Below are positions 47,307-55,076 of a stretch of DNA of 64,000 bases, piece by piece. The position numbers were made by a program, and so were the translations under genes. The notes under the pieces were generated by a model. The model was not told the DNA's origin. It was given only the letters and a program-made list of their open reading frames with translations, and made no database searches. Source of the stretch: Lachnospiraceae bacterium UBA1760. GTDB lineage: Bacteria > Bacillota > Clostridia > Lachnospirales > Lachnospiraceae. The stretch lies in NCBI GenBank assembly GCA_002314775.1, contig DCHE01000013.1, forward strand, positions 5,500 through 69,499. The letters are read 5' to 3'. Numbering within the stretch: position 1 is the first letter of the stretch; the number at the start of each line of letters is the position of its first letter.

Positions 47307-48224
47307 TTACTCCTCCGCTTTAATTTCCTCCTGTTTTTCTGACATTTCTCCAAGCTTATATGTGACAAAGGCACATACAAAAAGGAGGATTATTCCAAGA
47401 ATAATTGCTAAAACACCTGAACCCGCCATGCTTGATTCCTGCTGCACCTTGTAAAAAATAGCAAATGGCGAAGATACTATCAAGCCAATAATAGCAGAGT
47501 AGGTTGCTGTGAAATACCTCTTAAACAAGAAATCAATAAGCTTTGAAATAAAGAAAACTCCAAGGACACAGCCAATTCCAAATGGCATAAGAATTGCAGT
47601 GTAGTGAAGAAGTGTACTTATATCAAAGGCAGTGAGAGCCGAGATAAATCCGTTGATTGAGCTTATAATTCCAAAATAATAGCCTAAAATCATAAGGATG
47701 AGCGAGCCACTTACGCCGGGAATAATCATAGTTGCACTTGCAATTACGCCAATGAAGAAAAGCTTTACTATCTCAATGAAAGAGACAGAAAGCACATCAT
47801 TTGCATCTCCACTTGCAGATAGAAGTGGAAGGATGATGGAAATTGCAAGGAATATGATGAAAATTACCACATTAACTGCAGTGTTTTTATGGGTATCTGT
47901 CTTTGAACCTTCCTTAATTCTTTTGAAAAGAATCGGAAGACCACCCAAAATAAGTCCAGTAAATGCCATTGCGGTAATAAAAGGCTGATTGGCCAGCAGA
48001 TAATCAACAGCCTTCGCAAATAATACAATTCCAATTCCACAGCCTATAAATATAGGTAGTAAGGTTTTTACACTTTTCTTAAAGCTTTTTAAAAGATTTG
48101 ATACTGCATCCAATAGCTTGTCGTAGATTCCCATTGAAACGGCCATAGTTCCGCCGCTCACGCCCGGGATAACATTTGCAACGCCGACAAACATTCCTTT
48201 TATAATGTCAATGATAAACTTCAT
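47307..48224 (-). CDS. DUF368-family membrane protein
   Basis: Duplicated IPGVSGGTMA / IPGVSGSLIL motifs in a polytopic membrane protein. Start at MKFIIDIIKG behind aaggag, shorter than the ORF track. Confidence 0.8.
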   Translation of the reverse strand: MKFIIDIIKGMFVGVANVIPGVSGGTMAVSMGIYDKLLDAVSNLLKSFKKSVKTLLPIFIGCGIGIVLFAKAVDYLLANQPFITAMAFTGLILGGLPILFKRIKEGSKTDTHKNTAVNVVIFIIFLAISIILPLLSASGDANDVLSVSFIEIVKLFFIGVIASATMIIPGVSGSLILMILGYYFGIISSINGFISALTAFDISTLLHYTAILMPFGIGCVLGVFFISKLIDFLFKRYFTATYSAIIGLIVSSPFAIFYKVQQESSMAGSGVLAIILGIILLFVCAFVTYKLGEMSEKQEEIKAEE

Positions 48225-48503
48225 TTTACGGTCTCCTTCTTTCTTCCGATAAATAGCAACATTAAGAATAACACAATTAATAAAAATGAACAACAGCATA
48301 CTGGAATAAAAGAACAAAATGTTTATACATTATTTATACATTATTTATACGTTAAATTAAACATGCAAATATTTGAAAAATATATCTGTACATAACAAAT
48401 CTGATGTGATATACTCGACATAGTTTTTAATACTACATCATGTAGTGTGGTAGTGTAGTAATGTGATGAAATGGAAGAATTGGTATTAAACAGAGGTGAC
48501 GAT

Positions 48504-49337
48504 ATGAAGTTTAAGATTATAGGTGATAGCTGTACTGAGTTTCAGAAAAATGACTTGAAAAAAGAATACGTTAAGATGGCTCCACTTACAATTACAGTGG
48601 ATGATGTGGATGTTGTTGATGATGAGAACTTATCACACACAGTATTTCTTGCAATGCTTGACAATATGAAGAGTCCAGTAAAAACTGCATGTCCATCGCC
48701 AGATTCATACATTAAGTACTTTGATGATGCTGAGGATATTTATGTTATTACGCTTTCTTCCAAGCTCAGTGGCTCGTATGTGAGCGCAAGCATTGCTGCG
48801 GAGATTTACAAGGAAGACCACGATGTTAACATACATGTATTTGACTCGAAATCAGCTGCATCAGGACAGTACGCTGTATATAAATATATTGAAGCATTGT
48901 GCTTAGAAGGCGTGGAGTTCGAAGAAATTGTTACTAGAACAGAGGAATTTATTAAAAACCTTGAGGCGATATTTGTATTTGAGAGTCTTGAGACCCTTAT
49001 TAAGAACGGAAGAGTTTCAAAGCTAAAGGGAAAGGTTGCTGAGGCACTCAACATAAAGCCTGTTTTACATGGAGTGGACGGAGAGATTCATGAGCTTGAC
49101 AGAGGACGTGGAATGAACAGAGCCCTCAATGCTATCGTAAGGCAGATTGACAAGCAGATTAATAGTGGAAGAGTTATAGAGGTTGCATACATCAGTGAAT
49201 GCGACGCACTCAACAGAGCCCTTAATATGAAAAAGCTTCTCCAGGAAAGACTTGGAGTAAAGGAAGTAGTAATATTAAGAAGCAGAGGTCTTGCTTCATC
49301 CTATGCAGGAAGAGGCGGAATTATCGTGGCCTGCTAG
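48504..49337 (+). CDS. DegV-family (fatty-acid-binding) protein
   Basis: IIGDSCTEF N-terminus, SSKLSGSY, and GRVSKLKGKVAEALNIKPVL. Start at 48504 after gaggtg. Confidence 0.75.
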   Translation: MKFKIIGDSCTEFQKNDLKKEYVKMAPLTITVDDVDVVDDENLSHTVFLAMLDNMKSPVKTACPSPDSYIKYFDDAEDIYVITLSSKLSGSYVSASIAAEIYKEDHDVNIHVFDSKSAASGQYAVYKYIEALCLEGVEFEEIVTRTEEFIKNLEAIFVFESLETLIKNGRVSKLKGKVAEALNIKPVLHGVDGEIHELDRGRGMNRALNAIVRQIDKQINSGRVIEVAYISECDALNRALNMKKLLQERLGVKEVVILRSRGLASSYAGRGGIIVAC

Positions 49338-49405
49338 GTTTATCCCTGAACCAGGAGTTTGACAAAGAGATATAATAAGAAACATTATATTATATGGAAA
49401 GAAAG

Positions 49406-49450
49406 AGCAAAGCATATTGCAGAAAACTGCAGATTGCTTTGCTATTTTTC
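49406..49450 (+). terminator. Intrinsic terminator after DegV-1
   Basis: agcaaagca...tgctttgct, with an inner ctgcag pairing, followed by attttt. Confidence 0.7.
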
Positions 49451-49480
49451 GTGGAATAAAGGCATTTTTTGAGTATTTTG

Positions 49481-49509
49481 TTGTGATTTTTTATTTCTGA
49501 TGTTATAAT
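49481..49509 (+). promoter_or_regulatory. Candidate sigma-A promoter
   Basis: TTGTGA, 17-nt spacer, TATAAT. Confidence 0.5.
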
Positions 49510-49584
49510 ACTTTTCGCATAAATTTATCGAGATTTAAAAATAACTGATATTGATATGTCATTTTAGGCCAGGAGAACATAAAA

Positions 49585-50625
49585 ATGCTTAGCAGGATAA
49601 AAAAATACTTACCTATTATATTGATATTTGCGATGGTGCTTACGGGATGTGGAAGTGCCTCCTCATCAAAGACTGAAACAACTAAGGAAAAAACTGAAGA
49701 GGAAATAACCGAAGCCGAAACCACAGAGAGCCCTATCGATGAAAATGGATTTACAAGAACCGATGACTATATTATGACGACGGTCGGAAAGGTAAATCTG
49801 AGGCTTGAACCGAGTACTGATAGTAAGATCCAGATGGAGCTTTCAAAGAATGTTTATCTTAACAGAACGGGCTACAATGATTCCTGGTCAAGAGTAAGGC
49901 TCAATGGCAAGGATTATTATGTGTATTCCAAGTATGTTCAGGTAGCCACAATAGAGTGGGCATCGGATAACGATGCGATAAGGCAGAATCATAGGATTTT
50001 CCTGGATCCGGCAAAGCAGGAGACTGCGGATGATACTCTTGAGCCGATTGGACCAGGGGCTGAAACAGAAAAAGCAAGGTCAGGGACCGGTGCAGTTGGA
50101 GTAAATACCGGAATAAGTGAGTGTGATGTAACACTTATTGCCTGTACATATATTAAAACTGAGCTTGAGAACCGTGGATATACAGTAGTGATGTCCAGAG
50201 AGACAAGTGACGTATCAATCAGTAATTCTGAGAGAGCCAAGGCGGCAACTGTAAATGAATGTGATATCTACGTCAGAGTTCAGGCTGGTCAAAGCGAAAA
50301 CCCTAAGAATAAAGGACTTATCGGATTTGTTGTTACCAGCTCCAATCCATACGTCAAGCGTAATTATAAGAAGAGCTACAGCTTGTGTAAGGACATAGTT
50401 GTTTCGGTTTACACAGAGACAGGCTGCACGATGCAGGGAATCAAGGAAACCGATGATTTTGCATCCCTAAACTGGTGTGATGTGCCAGCAACATCCATAA
50501 ACATTGGATTTTTATCAAATGCTTCTGACGAGACTAATCTTTCAGATAAAACATATCTGAAGAATCTAGCAAAGGCATTTGCAATTGGTATAGATAATTA
50601 TTTTGAGATAGGAGTAGAAGAATAA
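49585..50625 (+). CDS. Lipoprotein with an SH3b domain and an amidase_3-like (N-acetylmuramoyl-L-alanine amidase) domain lacking the usual His ligands
   Basis: Lipobox LTGC. SH3b-like VGKVNLRLEPSTDSKI...WSRVRLNGKDYYVYSKYV. Amidase_3-like core: LDPAKQ...EPIGPGAETEKARSGTGAVG...ECDVTLIACTYIKTELENRGYTVVMSRE...CDIYVRVQAGQ. Confidence 0.7.
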   Translation: MLSRIKKYLPIILIFAMVLTGCGSASSSKTETTKEKTEEEITEAETTESPIDENGFTRTDDYIMTTVGKVNLRLEPSTDSKIQMELSKNVYLNRTGYNDSWSRVRLNGKDYYVYSKYVQVATIEWASDNDAIRQNHRIFLDPAKQETADDTLEPIGPGAETEKARSGTGAVGVNTGISECDVTLIACTYIKTELENRGYTVVMSRETSDVSISNSERAKAATVNECDIYVRVQAGQSENPKNKGLIGFVVTSSNPYVKRNYKKSYSLCKDIVVSVYTETGCTMQGIKETDDFASLNWCDVPATSINIGFLSNASDETNLSDKTYLKNLAKAFAIGIDNYFEIGVEE

Positions 50626-51497
50626 TGAGAAACTACATATTAATAAGTGATTCAACTATGGATCTGCCAGCCGACGTTGTAAATGAGCTCGGTATTGAGG
50701 TAATCCCATTTAACTTTTCAATAAATGATACTACATATCTTCACTATCCAGATGAGCGTGAGATGTCAAGTAAGGAATTCTATACAAAGTTGAGAAATGG
50801 AGCAATGCCTGTCACCTCTCAGGTTAATCCTAAAACCTATCAGGATTATTTTAAGAAGTATGTAGCTGATGGAAAGGATATAGTTTATATTTGCTTCACC
50901 ACAGGACTCAGCGGCTCCTGCCAGTCTGCAAATATTGCAGCAAATGAGCTTATGGATAAGTATCCGGACAGAAAGATTACTGTAATTGATTCGAGATGCG
51001 CATCTGTTGGCGAGGGCGTATTTGTTTATAATGCTGCTAAGCTTTATAACAGTGGAGCTTCTATGGAGGAGCTTGAAGAGTGGATACTTAATAATAGAAG
51101 CAACGCAAGACACTGGTTTATGGTCGAGGACTTATTTCACCTTAAGAGAGGCGGCCGAGTTTCGACTGTAGAGGCAGTAGTTGGTTCAGCACTAAAGATT
51201 AAGCCAATACTTTCTGTTGATGATGAGGGTAAGCTTGTGGTTAAATCAAAAGCCAGAGGTAATAACAAGGCTATGGAATATCTTATTGGTAAGGTTAAAG
51301 AGGAGGGGGTTGACCTTGACAATCAGACACTTATCATAGGACATGCAGACTGTGTGGAAAAGGCAGAAAAATTGAAAGAGGCACTTATTGAACAGGGTCT
51401 GGGAAAGGATTTCATTATTTCAGGTATAGGTCCAATTATTGGTACTCATGTAGGCCCGGGAATGCTCGCAGTTACTTTTATGGGAAAAAAATGTTGA
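50625..51497 (+). CDS. DegV-family (fatty-acid-binding) protein
   Basis: ILISDSTMDLP, TSQVNP, LSGSCQSA, GGRVSTVEAVVGSALKIKPIL, IGPIIGTHVGPG. The ATG overlaps the upstream TAA by 1 nt (TAATG). Confidence 0.88.
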   Translation: MRNYILISDSTMDLPADVVNELGIEVIPFNFSINDTTYLHYPDEREMSSKEFYTKLRNGAMPVTSQVNPKTYQDYFKKYVADGKDIVYICFTTGLSGSCQSANIAANELMDKYPDRKITVIDSRCASVGEGVFVYNAAKLYNSGASMEELEEWILNNRSNARHWFMVEDLFHLKRGGRVSTVEAVVGSALKIKPILSVDDEGKLVVKSKARGNNKAMEYLIGKVKEEGVDLDNQTLIIGHADCVEKAEKLKEALIEQGLGKDFIISGIGPIIGTHVGPGMLAVTFMGKKC

Positions 51498-51522
51498 CAC
51501 ATAATTGTAACAGTGCTAATAT
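51494..51522 (+). promoter_or_regulatory. Candidate sigma-A promoter of the SleB-like gene
   Basis: TTGACA, 17-nt spacer, TAATAT. The -35 overlaps the DegV-2 stop codon. Confidence 0.5.
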
Positions 51523-51646
51523 GTGCTTGTAACAAAGTTGTAACAAACTTAAGAAATGCGCAATATTCTGTGGTTTTTGTGAAACATTTACAAAATCTAG
51601 TGTGAATTTGTGCGATTTCAACAGTACAGAAGGAAAGGTTTTATCT

Positions 51647-53137
51647 ATGAGCAAAAGTACAGAGTTAAAACTAAAGAAAACTGGCAAACTACTTAAGAAA
51701 GAACTATTTAGCAAAAAGTACATCGTAAGAAACATTCTTGCATTACTTGTGATAGTATCAATTTCTATTATTATTGGTACATCAGTTGCAGGCAATGGAA
51801 TCAAGAGTGCAGATGTTGTAACAGATGACGCATCAGGAACTAATCTTGATACAGCAGAGATATCAATTACAGAGAATATTTACGAGATCACACCAACTGA
51901 GGCATCATGCATATTGGACAGCTCGATTGAGACATTAAAAGCAGATATGGTTGAGCCTGAGGTTGATAAGGTTGCAGTTGATGTTAACCAGGTTTCGCAG
52001 ATTAATGCAATTGATTTATCAGGTAAAGTTGTATCTAATATTGATAATCTCAATGTTAGAAAGGCTGGCGACGAATCTTCAGAGGTTATTGGCCGTATGA
52101 TGGAGTATTCCGTTGCAAAGCTTGTTGAGGAAGGTGATGAGTGGACACTCATTGAATCAAACGGACTCAAGGGCTATGTTAAGAATGATTATATTCTTAT
52201 CGGAGATGAGGCAGCAGCAATTAGTGATAAGTGCCTTAAGTCAATCGGTACTGTAACAGCAGACGAGCTCAGAATCAGAGAGAAGGCTAACACTACTAGT
52301 GATGTTGTGGCAATTGCCGAGAAGAATGACAAGTTTGTAGTAGTTAAGGAGTACTCAAGCAAGGATTGGTATTGTGTAAGACTCTACAACGGTAACTATG
52401 GTTTTATCGCTACAGATTACGTTTCACTTAATGACGGCTTTGAAAATGCAGTAACAATTGCTAAGGTTGATGCATTAAAGAATGAGGATAAGAAGGTTAA
52501 GGAGAAACCAAAGGTAACTCAGGTTGCTTCTTCATCAAGTACAGGAAAGACATCAGGTTCTTCTAGTTCAAGTTCTTCGACCTCTTCAACAACAAGCGGT
52601 TCAAAGACAAATACTTCAACATCAACAAGTACTTCGACATCAACAAGTACATCATCAAAGACAGAGACAAAAACAGAAACAAAGACAGAGACAACAACAA
52701 CTACTACTACCACTACATCTGATAATCCATACGGTGGTAACAGAGTATATCCAGCTACTGTAAACAGAGGTAGCTTCGGACTTAGTGATGAAGATATTTA
52801 CATGATAGCTTGTGTTGTATATGCTGAGGCAGGTAACCAGAGCTATGAAGGAAAGCTTGCTCTTGCTAACGTAATTCTTAACAGACTTGCTTCTGGTAAG
52901 TGGGGCAACACAGTTCATGGAGTTCTTTATGCAAAGAACCAGTTTACAGCTGTCAATGGAAAGTGGTATAAGCAGGCATTTGAAGGAGGTCCACCAGATT
53001 CTTGTATGAAGGCTGCTCAGGAAGCTGCAGGTGGAGTTAACAATTGTGGAACTTTCTTAAGCTACAGAACATTAAGAATTGCCAAGTTTACAACCTATTC
53101 ATCATACATGATAATAGGAAATCATTGTTTCTTCTAA
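51647..53137 (+). CDS. Membrane-anchored cell-wall hydrolase (two SH3b-like domains, Ser/Thr-rich linker, SleB/CwlJ-type Hydrolase_2 domain)
   Basis: TM helix ILALLVIVSISIIIGTSVAG. SH3b-like NLNVRKAGDESSEVIG...GYVKNDYI and ELRIREKANTTSDVV...GFIATDYV. C-terminal IACVVYAEAGNQSYEGKLALANVILNRL...NQFTAV. Start at ATG 51647. Confidence 0.8.
   Translation: MSKSTELKLKKTGKLLKKELFSKKYIVRNILALLVIVSISIIIGTSVAGNGIKSADVVTDDASGTNLDTAEISITENIYEITPTEASCILDSSIETLKADMVEPEVDKVAVDVNQVSQINAIDLSGKVVSNIDNLNVRKAGDESSEVIGRMMEYSVAKLVEEGDEWTLIESNGLKGYVKNDYILIGDEAAAISDKCLKSIGTVTADELRIREKANTTSDVVAIAEKNDKFVVVKEYSSKDWYCVRLYNGNYGFIATDYVSLNDGFENAVTIAKVDALKNEDKKVKEKPKVTQVASSSSTGKTSGSSSSSSSTSSTTSGSKTNTSTSTSTSTSTSTSSKTETKTETKTETTTTTTTTTSDNPYGGNRVYPATVNRGSFGLSDEDIYMIACVVYAEAGNQSYEGKLALANVILNRLASGKWGNTVHGVLYAKNQFTAVNGKWYKQAFEGGPPDSCMKAAQEAAGGVNNCGTFLSYRTLRIAKFTTYSSYMIIGNHCFF
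52528..52720 (+). repeat. Coding low-complexity Ser/Thr tract with (TS)n and (TETK)3 microrepeats
   Basis: Encodes SSSSTGKTSGSSSSSSSTSSTTSGSKTNTSTSTSTSTSTSTSSKTETKTETKTETTTTTTTTTS. Confidence 0.9.
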
Positions 53138-53148
53138 AGAACTTTAAA

Positions 53149-53177
53149 CCAGGTACAATTTCGTACCTGGTTTTTTT
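53149..53177 (+). terminator. Intrinsic terminator of the SleB-like gene (outer end of the palindrome's left arm)
   Basis: ccaggtac-aatttc-gtacctgg followed by T7. Confidence 0.85.
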
Positions 53178-53567
53178 ATGCCCAAATCCACACTTTAGTG
53201 AATTATGTGCTGCCTTAGTGATTTGACGACTGCTTCTATGCATAGGCCTCTCCAATGAACGGCTTCGCAAATTTTTGCTGGCAATCTTAGCCCCCTTGAA
53301 CCGTTCATGGCGCGTCGCGAAGTGTATTTGCCAGAGAGGTGGAGATGATAGAACAATAATGCCAATTATTGTTCTATCAGATACGCCTAACTGGCAAATG
53401 GTTCGCGGAGGCGGCGCGCCTTCGAGAGATGAACGAGTGAAAGGGGGCTAAGATTCCCGCAAAAATTTGTGTTAGTGATTGGAGAGGCCTATGCATAGAA
53501 GCAGATTTTAGTTTGCGAAGGCAGCACATAAAAGATATAAACGAATAAAGATGGGGGCTTTGGGCAT

Positions 53568-53602
53568 AAAAATACGGCCAGGTACGTAAGTGTACCTGGC
53601 CG
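53568..53602 (-). terminator. Intrinsic terminator of argG (outer end of the palindrome's right arm)
   Basis: On the minus strand, cggccaggtac-acttac-gtacctggccg followed by tattttt. Confidence 0.8.
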
Positions 53603-53616
53603 GGTTAGCTTTTGAA

Positions 53617-54840
53617 TTATTTGTTCTTTTCTTCACGCTGAAGCTTGTGCATTGCACGAACCTTCATTGGAAGTCCGAAGAGTGTGATGAAGCCTGTAGC
53701 ATCTGTGTGATCATAGAGGTCACCAGTTGTGAAGCTTGCAAGAGACTCTGAATAGAGAGAGTATGGAGAAGTTGTACCAGCCTTGATTATGTTACCCTTG
53801 TAAAGCTTGAACTTAACCTCACCTGTTACATATTCCTGTGTAACGTCTACAAATGCTGAGAGTGCTTCACGAAGTGGGCAGAACCACTTTCCTTCGTATA
53901 CAAGGTCAGCAAGCTTAGCACCAATCTGCTTTGAGTATGCAAGTGTATCTCTGTCAAGGATGAGCTCCTCAAGCTGCTTGTGTGCCTCAACTAAGATAGT
54001 TCCGCCTGGAGTCTCATAAACACCACGAGACTTCATACCAACTACACGGTTTTCAACGATATCAATGATACCAACACCATGCTTTCCGCCAAGTGTGTTG
54101 AGTTCTCTGATAATGTCAGAGGTCTTCATCTTCTTGCCATTTAATGCAACTGGAATACCCTTCTCGAAGTTAAGAGTGATATACTCTGGTTCGTCAGGAG
54201 CATTCTCAGGAGAATTACCAAGAACTAAAAGATCTGAATAGTTTGGCTCGTTTGCTGGGCTCTCAAGCTCAAGACCCTCGTGGCTGATATGCCAGATATT
54301 ACGGTCACGGCTATATGAGTGCTTTGCGTCGAATGGAAGATCGATTCCGTGAGCCTTACAGTAATCAAGCTCAGCCTCTCTTGAATCCATCTGCCACTTT
54401 GGATCACGCCATGGAGCGATAATCTTAATGTCAGGAGCAAGTGCCTTTATTGAAAGCTCGAAACGAAGCTGATCATTTCCCTTACCAGTAGCACCGTGAC
54501 AAATTGCAACAGCACCCTCTTTACGAGCAATTTCAACAAGTCTCTTTGCGATAACAGGTCTTGCAAATGAAGTACCAAGAAGGTACTTATTCTCGTAAAC
54601 TGCATTAGCCTTTACACATGGCATAATGAAGTCATCACAGAACTCATCAACAACATCCTCGATATAAAGCTTTTCAGCTCCTGAATACTTTGCTCTCTCA
54701 GAAAGACCATCAAGCTCATTGCCCTGTCCAACATCGATACATGCACAAACTACATCGTAATCATAAGTTTCCTTTAACCATGGAATAATGGCAGTTGTAT
54801 CAAGACCGCCTGAGTAGGCAAGAACAACTTTTTCCTTCAT
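53617..54840 (-). CDS. argG: Argininosuccinate synthase
   Basis: [58 protein letters not shown]. Confidence 0.95.
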   Translation of the reverse strand: MKEKVVLAYSGGLDTTAIIPWLKETYDYDVVCACIDVGQGNELDGLSERAKYSGAEKLYIEDVVDEFCDDFIMPCVKANAVYENKYLLGTSFARPVIAKRLVEIARKEGAVAICHGATGKGNDQLRFELSIKALAPDIKIIAPWRDPKWQMDSREAELDYCKAHGIDLPFDAKHSYSRDRNIWHISHEGLELESPANEPNYSDLLVLGNSPENAPDEPEYITLNFEKGIPVALNGKKMKTSDIIRELNTLGGKHGVGIIDIVENRVVGMKSRGVYETPGGTILVEAHKQLEELILDRDTLAYSKQIGAKLADLVYEGKWFCPLREALSAFVDVTQEYVTGEVKFKLYKGNIIKAGTTSPYSLYSESLASFTTGDLYDHTDATGFITLFGLPMKVRAMHKLQREEKNK

Positions 54841-54894
54841 AAATATATTCCTCCTAAAAGTCTTATTTCAACGGGAAATCCCGTAATTAAACTT

Positions 54895-54923
54895 AATATA
54901 TAATAATTAGAAGAGATATGCAA
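54895..54923 (-). promoter_or_regulatory. Candidate sigma-A promoter of argG
   Basis: Minus strand: TTGCAT, 17-nt spacer, TATATT. The -35 lies in a 15-bp block that is the exact inverted copy of the argC -35 block. Confidence 0.45.
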
Positions 54924-54930
54924 GTGTTTT

Positions 54931-55030
54931 ATATGCAAATATAATGATAATATTCATTAAATATGCATAAAATGTGAATAATATACATAATATATGAATA
55001 TTTTGAAAAAACACTTGCATATTATTCAAA
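54931..55030. promoter_or_regulatory. Cluster of ARG-box-like half-sites (putative ArgR/AhrC operator region)
   Basis: An AT-rich stretch with repeated TGAATA/TATTCA and TGCATA/TATGCA half-sites: tatgcaaatataatga, aatattcattaaatatgcata, tgtgaataatatacat, tatgaatattttgaaa, ttgcatattattcaaa. It sits between divergent arginine-biosynthesis genes. Confidence 0.5.
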
Positions 55031-55043
55031 GTAGGATTATAAT
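55015..55043 (+). promoter_or_regulatory. Candidate sigma-A promoter of argCJB
   Basis: TTGCAT, 17-nt spacer, TATAAT. Confidence 0.5.
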
Positions 55044-55076
55044 TCCAAAAAGATGAGTAATAAGGAGGAGTATAGG

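Larger units (their letters stand above)
53149..53602. repeat. ~450-bp imperfect palindrome (long inverted repeat) occupying the whole convergent intergenic region
   Basis: Centre: gatagaacaataat-gcca-attattgttctatc (53347-53378). Matching arm blocks: 27/27 ctgcttctatgcataggcctctccaat (53230-53256) vs 53478-53504; 14/14 ttatgtgctgcctt (53203-53216) vs 53518-53531; caaatttttgc; aatcttagccccct; cgttcat; atttgccag; atgcccaaa. The outer CCAGGTAC/GTACCTGG terminator stems also match. Confidence 0.85.

Noticed and set aside
52519-52918. Minus- and plus-strand ORFs across the Ser/Thr-rich linker (poly-V and Q/R-rich translations)
   Set aside because: These are alternative-frame artefacts of the ACA/ACT/TCA microrepeats inside the SleB-like gene.
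53088-53270. 60-aa ORFs on both strands entering the left arm of the palindrome (possible small protein or toxin)
   Set aside because: The equivalent reading frame in the other arm is broken by stops and indels and there is no RBS. Conservation between the arms is at the nucleotide-pairing level, not the protein level.
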